A stretch of 64,000 nt of DNA, from IMG/VR virus record IMGVR_UViG_3300028603_000018, positions 96,001 through 160,000 of that record. The stretch is one strand, 5' to 3'. The position numbers and the translations under genes are program-made. This document shows, in pieces, positions 11,439 to 21,326 of this stretch. The notes below the pieces were generated by a model. That model made no database searches, had not been told where the DNA came from, and worked only from the letters and a program-made list of their open reading frames with translations. Each line of letters opens with the position of its first letter. Positions within the stretch are counted from its first letter, which is position 1. The stretch is from a virus. Taxonomy: Duplodnaviria > Caudoviricetes.

Positions 11439-11552
11439 ATATCTTAACTAGAATTAACGCTTAAGTAAAAAGGATGGTCTTTTCCCTTACGATGCTTTAG
11501 ATGTATGGTGTCGTAATAGAGAGTCTTATTGACTTCCTAATACATTGGTTTT

Positions 11553-12233
11553 CTAATCAACGCGTTCAAAAACTGGTCTCCAACATCGGTATAATGTATA
11601 AGCACCACCACTATTAATGACATTAGTAGCACTTGCTTTGTCATAAGGTCTAATATCCGTAATACTTGGGGTGCTCCAGCCATAACCTATAATAAAAGCT
11701 TGATTCTCGTTATTAGCGTTTACTTCTCTACACCAAAAAGATTGCTCTCTAGCATTTACACTATTGGCTGCTAGATTAGCGTATTTTGGTCCTGTATAAG
11801 TATACCCCCAACCATTATATACGGAAGCTGATAAAATTGGTAAAAATAATCTGCAAAATTCACTATGGTTAGGTTCTAACTTCATTGCATTTACATAACT
11901 AGGTAGGCTATGGGTTTCATCACTTACTCTAATAGCCCTGCAAATATATTTTACACCAGCTATCTCTATCTCTACTCCATGGATGAGACCTCTGCTATTT
12001 AACGCGTTCCAAGTTACAGATTGATAAACGTTAGAACTGGGTATATATAATTGCTTATCATCTAAAGTAAAAGATAACCAACTACTACTATTTAAACTAG
12101 TTCCACCACTTAAACCAAAATGATTGACTAAGCTAGCGTTAGTCATTAAACCACCAACTTGACCATGATACATGTAAGGGACTTTTATCCTATCCCCTCC
12201 ATCTACTGTTTTTATTAATAGTTCTTTACTCAT
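11553..12233 (-). CDS. MSKELL-tagged protein with one WRPVLE-type virion domain
   Basis: Likely start is ATG 12233 (MSKELLIKT). Contains WLSFTLDDKQLYIP...CWRPVFE, the same domain as in the 19727 and 60577 ORFs. Confidence 0.7.
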   Translation of the reverse strand: MSKELLIKTVDGGDRIKVPYMYHGQVGGLMTNASLVNHFGLSGGTSLNSSSWLSFTLDDKQLYIPSSNVYQSVTWNALNSRGLIHGVEIEIAGVKYICRAIRVSDETHSLPSYVNAMKLEPNHSEFCRLFLPILSASVYNGWGYTYTGPKYANLAANSVNAREQSFWCREVNANNENQAFIIGYGWSTPSITDIRPYDKASATNVINSGGAYTLYRCWRPVFERVD

Positions 12234-12256
12234 GTTAAATATCACTTATATAAATA

Positions 12257-12292
12257 AAATAGGAGATCTTCTTAAGGATCTCCTATTTATGC
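12257..12292. repeat. Hairpin-family element
   Basis: AAATAGGAGATC...GATCTCCTATTT-ATGC. Confidence 0.75.
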
Positions 12293-12302
12293 TGTCTTTC
12301 CA

Positions 12303-13247
12303 TTACCACGTAGCTAAATCAATACCTTCTGGCGGTGTATACTCAAACCATTTATTTTGATAGGCGATTGGAGATGATGTACTGCCGCCATATGTGTATA
12401 TTTTATTATTATAGTGAAATAATAATGGAGAACTTAGTGGTTTACCATTAAGGTGAGGATGTACTGCATCATTTCTTAATGTTATATCTGTGAAAGTTAA
12501 AGTAGTTAAATCTAATTTAGTGAAGTTACTATCAAACAAATATAAGTTCTTACCGACTTGAACGTAACCGCAATTATTTTGATTAATCGCATTAGTAAAA
12601 TTAATAGCCGTAAAAGTTTCAGTTAGATGATTAAATAGATAACCTTCCCTAGTAGAAGCAGAGGCTCCCGTTCCTAAGAGATAAAAATCATTACCTAACC
12701 TAGCATTTACAGAAGGTTGAAAAAAATAAGGCCATTCTGTTAATGTAGTAAAGGTAAGACTAAACGTATCTAGATTTAACTTAGCTATTCTTTTTAATGC
12801 GCTGTTAAAGAGATATAAAATATTTCCAAATTGCACACCAGGAACATAAGAAAAGTCTCCTAAACCAACTATTTGTCTGGTTGTCAGTTGTGCTGTATTT
12901 AAATCGATTTCATAGTAAGTATTAGGGGTATAGACTCTGGGGTATGTTAATGTTGAATCGTCATCTGTTATTAGCCTAGAACCACTGAGTGCTTTACCTG
13001 TTCCTTCAGGGTCGTTAAAGAAACTCCAGTTATTTGATGGGATGTGATAAATTGATACGTATCTAGGGGGATCTATGCCATAACCCCTATACCCTCCTCG
13101 CATCACTAAATATTCACCTTTACTCCATGAGAGTGTTATAGAAGTACCTGTACATATTGAGTCAGGACTGCTTTGCATCTCAGTAGCTTGACGCCACCCC
13201 CCCTCCATCTTGTTAGATGAGGTGGTTATTAAGAATTCTCTACTCAT
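12303..13247 (-). CDS. MSREFL-tagged Kelch/beta-propeller-like protein
   Basis: Blade-like motifs GNILYLF, GNDFYLLG, GKNLYLF and NNKIYTYGG; ends WFEYTP. Confidence 0.7.
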   Translation of the reverse strand: MSREFLITTSSNKMEGGWRQATEMQSSPDSICTGTSITLSWSKGEYLVMRGGYRGYGIDPPRYVSIYHIPSNNWSFFNDPEGTGKALSGSRLITDDDSTLTYPRVYTPNTYYEIDLNTAQLTTRQIVGLGDFSYVPGVQFGNILYLFNSALKRIAKLNLDTFSLTFTTLTEWPYFFQPSVNARLGNDFYLLGTGASASTREGYLFNHLTETFTAINFTNAINQNNCGYVQVGKNLYLFDSNFTKLDLTTLTFTDITLRNDAVHPHLNGKPLSSPLLFHYNNKIYTYGGSTSSPIAYQNKWFEYTPPEGIDLATW

Positions 13248-13256
13248 GTTATTTCA

Positions 13257-14534
13257 TTACCAAATAGTTGTTGTAGATATCTTAGCTAAATAAGCAGATG
13301 CTGATCTAAAAGGCCAATACGGAAAAGCTCCAGTTCTAGCATCATCAATATTATCTAATTCATCTTCATTAGTTGTTCTGTATAGATAATGATCGTCTCT
13401 ATTTTCTTGTACACTTAATGACCATAATCCACCAAACTCTGTCTTACTCCAATAATTACCAATAACTCCTCTAGCCATGAATAAAGGATAATCAGGTTTT
13501 ATTCCACTACCATAAGAAAGAAGTCCCTTACCATTTCTAAAGACAAAGACTTTTTCCTTAATAACATCTTTAGCCTTTAATAACACAATAAAGGATTGAG
13601 ACATAGTTAAGTACTTTGTAATAACTTCATCTGAATAGAGTTCTTCTTTACTTACAAAGTAAGGATTAATAGGAGATTGACTTAAACCTAATTGAGTCAA
13701 ATCTAAGAAACGTCTTGAATCTAAATAACGATCAAGAAAGTTAAATGAAGAGAAGTCAACATTAAGTAAGTTTACACCTGTTCTAATAAATAGTCCATCT
13801 TGGTAGGTATGTAGATAACCACCAATAACTAATAGAACTGTACAATCTTCACATTCGCTATCTATCTTAATACCAAACCCATCTTTCATAGGTCTGTTAT
13901 CAGAGAGTTTAAAGAGTTTATCTTCAGTAATAGGCTCGAAGTGTAGTTCACCTAAATTCTCAAAACTAATCAATCCAACATGATTAACTTGTGCAATATC
14001 TAAAGACTTTACACAATCTCTAACATAAGCACCATTCACATCATAGTCTGTCGCATGGATATAACCATTGATACTAACTAAGATATGTTTATAGAAATGT
14101 TCGAAGTCTGTATCTTCTCTAGTTAACTTAATACCTGTTTTACCATCTTTACCTTGATCATCAATACTAGATGAACCATCTGTCAACCATACCTTATACC
14201 CAGCTCTAAAAGCATCTTGGTATTTTACAAAGTGTTGCTTTAATTCTGGGATGATGTGTTGTGTAGGTAAGGTGTTATTACCATTAAGTACTAACATCTC
14301 AGCTACAGTTTGTTCTGTACCACTTAACTCTGTGCGTATTTCTTCAGCGTCCAGAGATAGTGTCTCTGGTAAGATAGGATGCTGTAGAACAAACACAACT
14401 TCTCTATATTGGTTAAATAGATCAATACAACGAATATTACTACTATCAATCTCTTCCCATTGACTAAAGGGTTCTTTACTTTTTACGAAAGTAGTTATTA
14501 AAGTATACATATTTAGAATCTCTTCCCTAATCAC
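13257..14534 (-). CDS. Probable virion structural protein
   Basis: 425-aa ORF (ATG start probably about 8 codons in), divergent from the tail fibre genes. Confidence 0.6.
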   Translation of the reverse strand: MIREEILNMYTLITTFVKSKEPFSQWEEIDSSNIRCIDLFNQYREVVFVLQHPILPETLSLDAEEIRTELSGTEQTVAEMLVLNGNNTLPTQHIIPELKQHFVKYQDAFRAGYKVWLTDGSSSIDDQGKDGKTGIKLTREDTDFEHFYKHILVSINGYIHATDYDVNGAYVRDCVKSLDIAQVNHVGLISFENLGELHFEPITEDKLFKLSDNRPMKDGFGIKIDSECEDCTVLLVIGGYLHTYQDGLFIRTGVNLLNVDFSSFNFLDRYLDSRRFLDLTQLGLSQSPINPYFVSKEELYSDEVITKYLTMSQSFIVLLKAKDVIKEKVFVFRNGKGLLSYGSGIKPDYPLFMARGVIGNYWSKTEFGGLWSLSVQENRDDHYLYRTTNEDELDNIDDARTGAFPYWPFRSASAYLAKISTTTIW

Positions 14535-14650
14535 TAGTATTAGTACTCAATGGATTACGATTAAGAAGATAATAGGGCAAACTTAATGATATAGTCCTGA
14601 ACGACATATTTTTTTATTTAAAATAAATAACTGCCTCGGAGTTTTTCCTC

Positions 14651-17404
14651 ATGGCTACAAGTCCTATCGTACCAACCTATCCCTTTGATCCAACAGGGAC
14701 TGCTGTTAGTAATAGAGTTACTAATGAGCAACATCCCTTAACGGCATCGAATTATAGGGATTACCAATTAATTATTCCGAGATATGCTCCGTTCTATGAG
14801 ACGGGACTTGTCTTGCGTTATCGAGATTTAAGTGGTAATATTCGTCCATTAACATTTGGTATCGATTACTATTTAGGTCACCAGTTTCAATCCGCTAGTC
14901 GTAGTGTTGGTAAGAGTTTATATGGTTCTATCTATATTCTAGATAAAACGCTCACTGGTATCATTATTATTGATAACTACCAAACTATCGGCGGTATGTG
15001 GAATATTGACGAGAATAAGATCGCTGAGATTTTAGCTGATCGAACTCATAATCCACTAATCACAACTTGGGAGCAAGTCAACGACTTACCTGTTTATTTC
15101 CCGCCTATCGACCATCCATGGAATATCTATGACATGGTGGGTATGAGCGATGTTAAAGAAGCGTTAGATAGCATTCAAGATGCTATTCGTGCTAGTGGTG
15201 AAGGTAGTATTGATGACCACATCAATAACCATAACAACCCTCACAACGTAACTAAAGCTCAAGTCGGTCTAGGTAATGTTAATAACTATAACATCGCAAC
15301 AGATGCTCAGACCGTAACAGGTACAGCTACTAATTTATACGTCGTTCCTTCTGGTGTTAGAGCGGCTATTACACAACTCGCTATTACGCCATTAACGACT
15401 CACACTAATAACTTATCAAATCCCCACAATGTGACTAAGGGACAAGTGGGACTTGGTAATGTTAATAACTTTGCTACCGCCACTATTACCGAAACCACTA
15501 TTGGTTCTAGTTCTAGTTTATATACCACACCTGCTGGTGTACGAGGTGCAATTGATGAACTCGTTGCTATTCCGTTAGCTGATCATATTAACGATCAATC
15601 TAACCCTCACCAGGTCAATAAAGCCCAAGTGGGTCTGGGTAATGTGAATAACTACGGTACTGCAAACAATAGTCAGACAATTGATGGTGTAGCAACCGAT
15701 CTTTACGTAACACCTGCTGGATTGAAAGCTGCGCTCGTAGCAGCAGGAACAGGTGGTGGTGGTGGTGAGATTTCTGATCACGTTGCTGATATGAATAACC
15801 CCCACCAAGTCACTAAGACGCAAGTGGGTTTAGGTAACGTAGATAACTATAGTACTGCTACTGTCCAAGAAACTGTTTTAGGTGCTGCAAATAACTTATT
15901 TGTCACACCTGAGGGAGCTTCTGCACTTATTGAGAATTTAGTTGGTACTTCATTGACCAACCACGTTAGTGCTATTAATAATCCTCACCAAGTCACTAAA
16001 GGACAAGTAGGCTTAGGTAATGTAAGTAACTTTGGTACTGCTTCAGTGGCAGAAACACTTGAAGGGACTTCAGAGAATTTATTTACTACGCCTTTAGGAG
16101 TATTTACTTTAGTTAAGAATTTAGCTGAAGATCCTCTTAATGCTCACGTAGCTAATACTAATAATCCTCACAGTGTGACTAAGACGCAAGTAGGATTAGG
16201 CAGTGTTAACAACTATGGTACAGCTACCCCTGCTGAAGCTAGTACAGGTACAGCAAATAACTTATATGTAACACCTGAAGGATTAACTAGCGCTATTAAT
16301 ACTAGAGCTGTTACTCCCTTAAATAATCACCTTAGTGACACTAATAACCCCCACAGTGTAACAGCTGCTCAGATTGGTGCTTACGATCAAGGACAGGTTA
16401 ATACACTTCTTCAATCTAAGTTAAATACTACTGCAACTGCTGCTGACAGTAGTAAGTTAGAAGGTAAGACTTTAGCTGAAATCTTTACTGATGTCGCTGC
16501 TATGACTGTCGATAACAGTAATAAATTAGAAGGTAAAACACTTACTGAAATCAAGGCTGAGATTGGATCTGGAGAAGCTGACGATACAACCCGTTTTGAT
16601 GGTTATACAGTTACAGAATATGCTGATTACATCATTAAACAGAATAAGACACCAGTTTATGATACTATCTTAGCTCCTGTAGGTAATGCTTCTACACCTG
16701 TTGAATACTATATTCCTTTGGATGTAGGTTTCATTGATCCAGTTTCCTCTACTAATGTGCGAGCTGCTCTATATCGTTTTGATTTATTTAGCACTAAAGC
16801 AGAAGAGAAATTGGTAACGAGTTACTATATTTATCAAAAAGGCTCTGTTATTCGCTGGTATGGTAATAATGGTAGTGATATTGTTAAAGGTGTTTATTAT
16901 GCTTTTAGTAGTGATGCTGAAATCATTGATGAAACCACTTTTAATAAAGTATATCTGTACCTGCACTTAGAATATACAGGGTTAGCTGATAGATCTATTC
17001 GTGTTACTCGTTTAGCTGGTGAGAACAGTGGTAAGATTGATCGTGATACATATCCCATCGTACCTACCTTACCATCTGGTGCTTTTGCAGCAAGTGAAGA
17101 TCCTGATATTATTCAGAGCTTTATTGGTCCTCAGGGAGTTGCTGGTGAAGATGGTGAGCAAGGCGTTCCTGGTGTAGGCGTAGAAAGAGAATTAGTCACA
17201 GGCACACTTAATCCTTCAGATTTTATTGAGATAACTGAATTTGATTGGGACAGTGTTATTCAAGCTATGGTATCTACAGTTGCTGATCCTGATGATTATT
17301 TTGATGCTATTTCTAAACTCACTATTATTAGACGCTCAACTAACATTACTGTTACTAACGTTTCAACCGAAACTCTGAACTACCGAATTACAGGTATTAA
17401 ATAA
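14651..17404 (+). CDS. Tail fibre protein 1 (NPHxVTKxQVGLGNV repeats)
   Basis: phiKZ-like fibre N-terminus YPFDPTG. Seven ~61-aa HxxxxxNPH repeats, the last a variant, and a short collagen-like GPQGVAGEDGEQGVPG near the C-terminus. Confidence 0.85.
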   Translation: MATSPIVPTYPFDPTGTAVSNRVTNEQHPLTASNYRDYQLIIPRYAPFYETGLVLRYRDLSGNIRPLTFGIDYYLGHQFQSASRSVGKSLYGSIYILDKTLTGIIIIDNYQTIGGMWNIDENKIAEILADRTHNPLITTWEQVNDLPVYFPPIDHPWNIYDMVGMSDVKEALDSIQDAIRASGEGSIDDHINNHNNPHNVTKAQVGLGNVNNYNIATDAQTVTGTATNLYVVPSGVRAAITQLAITPLTTHTNNLSNPHNVTKGQVGLGNVNNFATATITETTIGSSSSLYTTPAGVRGAIDELVAIPLADHINDQSNPHQVNKAQVGLGNVNNYGTANNSQTIDGVATDLYVTPAGLKAALVAAGTGGGGGEISDHVADMNNPHQVTKTQVGLGNVDNYSTATVQETVLGAANNLFVTPEGASALIENLVGTSLTNHVSAINNPHQVTKGQVGLGNVSNFGTASVAETLEGTSENLFTTPLGVFTLVKNLAEDPLNAHVANTNNPHSVTKTQVGLGSVNNYGTATPAEASTGTANNLYVTPEGLTSAINTRAVTPLNNHLSDTNNPHSVTAAQIGAYDQGQVNTLLQSKLNTTATAADSSKLEGKTLAEIFTDVAAMTVDNSNKLEGKTLTEIKAEIGSGEADDTTRFDGYTVTEYADYIIKQNKTPVYDTILAPVGNASTPVEYYIPLDVGFIDPVSSTNVRAALYRFDLFSTKAEEKLVTSYYIYQKGSVIRWYGNNGSDIVKGVYYAFSSDAEIIDETTFNKVYLYLHLEYTGLADRSIRVTRLAGENSGKIDRDTYPIVPTLPSGAFAASEDPDIIQSFIGPQGVAGEDGEQGVPGVGVERELVTGTLNPSDFIEITEFDWDSVIQAMVSTVADPDDYFDAISKLTIIRRSTNITVTNVSTETLNYRITGIK

Positions 17405-17418
17405 AGGTATAATAAACA

Positions 17419-19635
17419 ATGTCTAATCCGATTATCGTAAGGTATGATTTAGATAGGACTGGTATCAGTCCAGATAACAGAGTGGTCGGTGAAATCCATG
17501 AATTATCTAATCGACGTATTCGACCCATTTCACCACACTGTGGTCCTTTCTTCTTAGATAACCTTCTTGTTAGAGATAGTTTGACTCAACAAGAGTTAGT
17601 AATGGGAGTGGACTGGGAGCCTTCAGAACTCTACACGGTGGCTTCCTTAGATTTAGCTAAAGAGATCTATGCTCTAATCTTAATTACTAATCCTGATGTA
17701 TCTAACTCTGTAGAGATTGATTATCAAGTAGTGGGTGGTGAGTATAGCTTTAACACGTATGCTATTGTAAAGATGATCGAGGATCTAGAACTCGATAATC
17801 GTCCTGTAGATTGGCCTAACATTATTGGTAAGCCAGATGAATTCACACCAGCACCTCACTTACATGACGTAGGTGATACTTTTGGTTGGGAATATACAGT
17901 ACAAGCGCTTTACAATATCCGTGACGCTATTCTGATGGGTGATAGGGCTTCTCATGATCAAATTTTAGATTATATTGATAGTCAAATCACCTCTTTTGAT
18001 GATTTGGTTAGTAATCACATTAATAACACCAATAACCCTCACAGTGTAACTAAAGCTCAAGTAGGGTTAGGTAATGTGAGTAACTTTAGTACTGCTACAC
18101 CCGCCCAAACATCAACAGGTACAGCTACTAACCTATTTGTCACGCCTGAGGGTGTAACTTTAGCTATTACTAATAGAGCAGTTACACCTTTAAACACTCA
18201 CATTAGTAATACTAGCAATCCGCATAACGTAACCAAAGCACAAGTAGGATTAGGTAGTGTTAATAATTACAGTACAGCCACACCAGCAGAAACCAATACA
18301 GGTACAGCAAGTAACCTGTATGTAACACCTGCTGGTGTACTTAATGCTATTAACACTAGGGCGGTTACGCCGCTTAATGCCTTTATCGCACGAAGGGACA
18401 ACCCTCATGTTGTGACGAAGCCTCAAGTAGGGTTAGGTAACGTAGATAACTTTGCTACAGCAAACAATAGTCAGGCAGTGGCAGGTACAGCTACTAACTT
18501 ATTCATTACTCCAGCGAGTTTGAAGGCAACGATTGATAGTAGAGTTCCAGCTGGTATGGTGGATCACGTCACTAATATCAATAACCCTCACCAAGTGACA
18601 AAAGCACAAGTGGGATTAGGATTAGTTGATAACTATGGCACAGCTTCATCTAGTCAAGCTGTGACTGGGACAGCTACTAACCTCTTTGTAACTCCAGCAG
18701 GTCTACGCGCCGCAATTGATAATCGTGTGCCTTCTGGTTTTGCTACTCACCTTACTAATACTAATAATCCACATAGTGTAACAAAAGCACAAGTGGGTCT
18801 TGGTAATGTGAATAACTACGGCACGGCTACACCAGCAGAGGCTAACACAGGAACAGCAAGTAACCTGTATGTAACACCTGCTGGTCTGTTAAATGCTATT
18901 AATACTAGAGCAGTTACACCATTAACAACTCACACGAGTAATACCAGTAACCCTCACAACGTAACTGCTGCTCAGGTAGGCGCTTATACTAAATCAGAGA
19001 TCGATACCATGGTCTCTAATTTAAGTAATTCTTACCTGCCTTTAGCAGGTGGTTCCATGACTGGCAGGATTACTAACACACCTAATGCTGCAACTCGTGT
19101 TCAGATGGATTCCAGTCCAACAACATTAGGAGCCATCCTTTTCGATGCTGGCACAACAGCTACAGGAGATGCTGAGGTTGCTGGTTTCTCTTTCCGAGCT
19201 GGTACTAACATTGTTAAGATGGGTCTTAATAATACGGGTGTTTTTGGTTGGGGTGGTGGTACAAGATCGCCTTGGTCTTTCTATTCGTTAAACAACGGTG
19301 ATGTTGTCGCATCAGGTGATGTTACAGCTTACTCTGATCCTCGTTTAAAAGAAAATGTGAAACCTATTCTTAATGCTCTAGATATTAATAGAAAATTAAG
19401 TGGAAAGTATTTCATATGGAAAGACTTACCTCATGTAAGAAATAAAGCTGGTACGAGTGATCTAGGTGTTATGGCTGATGAAGTAGAGGCTGTTCTTCCT
19501 GAAGCAGTTAAAGAGTCTGTTGAGTATGATGGTCAGACTTATAAGACTGTAGCCTATGGAAAAATTGTTCCAGTACTTATTGAAGCCGTTAAGGAATTAG
19601 AGTTAAAAGTATTGCGTTTGGAATCAATGTTATAA
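17419..19635 (+). CDS. Tail fibre protein 2 with C-terminal intramolecular chaperone (peptidase S74)
   Basis: N-terminus paralogous to fibre 1, six repeats, and the S74 signature YSDPRLKENVKPI...YGKIVPVLIEAVKEL. Confidence 0.88.
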   Translation: MSNPIIVRYDLDRTGISPDNRVVGEIHELSNRRIRPISPHCGPFFLDNLLVRDSLTQQELVMGVDWEPSELYTVASLDLAKEIYALILITNPDVSNSVEIDYQVVGGEYSFNTYAIVKMIEDLELDNRPVDWPNIIGKPDEFTPAPHLHDVGDTFGWEYTVQALYNIRDAILMGDRASHDQILDYIDSQITSFDDLVSNHINNTNNPHSVTKAQVGLGNVSNFSTATPAQTSTGTATNLFVTPEGVTLAITNRAVTPLNTHISNTSNPHNVTKAQVGLGSVNNYSTATPAETNTGTASNLYVTPAGVLNAINTRAVTPLNAFIARRDNPHVVTKPQVGLGNVDNFATANNSQAVAGTATNLFITPASLKATIDSRVPAGMVDHVTNINNPHQVTKAQVGLGLVDNYGTASSSQAVTGTATNLFVTPAGLRAAIDNRVPSGFATHLTNTNNPHSVTKAQVGLGNVNNYGTATPAEANTGTASNLYVTPAGLLNAINTRAVTPLTTHTSNTSNPHNVTAAQVGAYTKSEIDTMVSNLSNSYLPLAGGSMTGRITNTPNAATRVQMDSSPTTLGAILFDAGTTATGDAEVAGFSFRAGTNIVKMGLNNTGVFGWGGGTRSPWSFYSLNNGDVVASGDVTAYSDPRLKENVKPILNALDINRKLSGKYFIWKDLPHVRNKAGTSDLGVMADEVEAVLPEAVKESVEYDGQTYKTVAYGKIVPVLIEAVKELELKVLRLESML

Positions 19636-19660
19636 TACATTTTTAAGTATGTACTTTATC

Positions 19661-19693
19661 TAAATTAGGGACTTTTTACAAGTCCCTAATTTA
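19661..19693. terminator. Hairpin-family element
   Basis: Perfect stem TAAATTAGGGACTT...AAGTCCCTAATTTA. Confidence 0.7.
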
Positions 19694-19726
19694 TACTGTT
19701 TTAAATGTAAATAAAGGAAAATATAA

Positions 19727-21313
19727 ATGAGTTTGCCTGATTGGACTGATGATCCCTTAACTCCTCTTTCAATTGGAGACATCAGGGACGAATGGGGCGC
19801 AACATTTGGGAACCCTAGACTTAGTTGGTTTTATGCAAACGGTCCTTATGTTGATGCTAATGCTAAAGGATATCCATTTGGTGTAGAGACAAATATCCCT
19901 ACCTCTGGGCGTATTAGTATTAGTAATTTCTACGGTAGTGCAGCTGATGTAGCTATTTGTAATAGAACAGGTAAATGGGCTACTTATATTGCACGAAATA
20001 CCAACTCTGGTGGTTTAGGTAGACTTAACCCTATCAACTATGTTTGGAGAGGTTTAAGATTTCCTATTTTCCCTTTCTTGACAGATTATCCTGCTCCCTT
20101 TACATCTACTGAAAATCTAATCTTTAAAACACCTGACGTTACCCAAGGTCAATTAGCGTTATACGGTTTAGAAGATGCTAACGTTGTTTGTATTGGTCCT
20201 GATGATTATCTTTATATCAACTTCTATAGCTATACTGACCACATTGTAAGACCTGGTATCTCCATTCTTAACCCTGTTACAGGTCAGTTCACTGCCTATC
20301 ATGGACAGAACTATATTGAGAACATGGATGGTACTGGTGGCTTAGGCGGAGAGATGGTAGTCTACGCAGGTAAAGATCTCCCAGCTAGTGGTGTATTCTT
20401 TCCTGGTTATACTTACGACGGCTCTCCTCACTATTGGGTGAGGATGGAGGTGAGATTAAGACGTAGGAATGACACATTTGCTTGGGGTAATTCAGCTGGA
20501 TTAATGTATCGTGGCGAGCATAATGAGAACAATGTTATCTCTTACTCTGGTATCTCATCTTTAGTTGGCTTTAACTCTGGTACACTAATTAATAATAAAG
20601 ATAGCGGTTGGTTAAAAGTAACGTTAAATAATAAAGAGTTATATGTAGCTAAGAAAAACGTTAGACGAAATGTTACACTATCTCAATTAAACGCAGCTAA
20701 CCTCGTTACAGGCAATAGAACAGTTACTGTCAGAGGAGTTAATTATCGTATTCGATTACTAACTGCTTCTGAATGGGTTTCTTTATTCCCACCTTTATCG
20801 AGAGAGACACTATTAGGTTATTCCGGTGTTAAGTTAGCACAGTTTGAGCAAAGTGAGTTTGTAAGACATACTGAATTAGCTCAAGTAATTACTAAAGGTG
20901 GGTATGATCCTGAATGGCCATTTAACTCTACTCGTACCTTTGATTTCATTCGAAATTATCAGAGTTGGGGTGGTCATGGTGGTGGGTATCTCAGACCAGG
21001 TCATATTCAAAACTTTGTTCCTGGTACAGGTACTATGTATAGTTCCCGCTTATTATGGAACTACGGCTATCCTTTAGCCAGTCTTCTTCAGGATGGTACG
21101 GCTCGTGGGGCTGATGGTGCTCAATGGAAGTGGACTATTAGTGAATCTGAATACTGGGCAGAATTTGAAGAAGGTGCTATTCAACATGGTATTCAGTATA
21201 CTGCTGGTGCTGTAACCATTCCTCCTTCATCACCAAGTCCTATTGGTAGTGGTACATTTACTTCTTCTAGGAACTATGAATTGGGTTGGCGGCCTGTGTT
21301 AGAAGAAATTTAA
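19727..21313 (+). CDS. Putative tail-fibre tip adhesin with C-terminal WRPVLE domain
   Basis: N-terminal LSIGDIRDEWG...IPTSGRISISNFYG motif of the kind found after S74 fibres; ends GWRPVLEEI. Confidence 0.6.
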   Translation: MSLPDWTDDPLTPLSIGDIRDEWGATFGNPRLSWFYANGPYVDANAKGYPFGVETNIPTSGRISISNFYGSAADVAICNRTGKWATYIARNTNSGGLGRLNPINYVWRGLRFPIFPFLTDYPAPFTSTENLIFKTPDVTQGQLALYGLEDANVVCIGPDDYLYINFYSYTDHIVRPGISILNPVTGQFTAYHGQNYIENMDGTGGLGGEMVVYAGKDLPASGVFFPGYTYDGSPHYWVRMEVRLRRRNDTFAWGNSAGLMYRGEHNENNVISYSGISSLVGFNSGTLINNKDSGWLKVTLNNKELYVAKKNVRRNVTLSQLNAANLVTGNRTVTVRGVNYRIRLLTASEWVSLFPPLSRETLLGYSGVKLAQFEQSEFVRHTELAQVITKGGYDPEWPFNSTRTFDFIRNYQSWGGHGGGYLRPGHIQNFVPGTGTMYSSRLLWNYGYPLASLLQDGTARGADGAQWKWTISESEYWAEFEEGAIQHGIQYTAGAVTIPPSSPSPIGSGTFTSSRNYELGWRPVLEEI

Positions 21314-21326
21314 AACGAGATAGAAA

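Noticed and set aside
15200-18990. CRISPR-like periodic repeats
   Set aside because: The period is 183 bp, in frame, with synonymous variation, so these are protein repeats. No cas genes are present.
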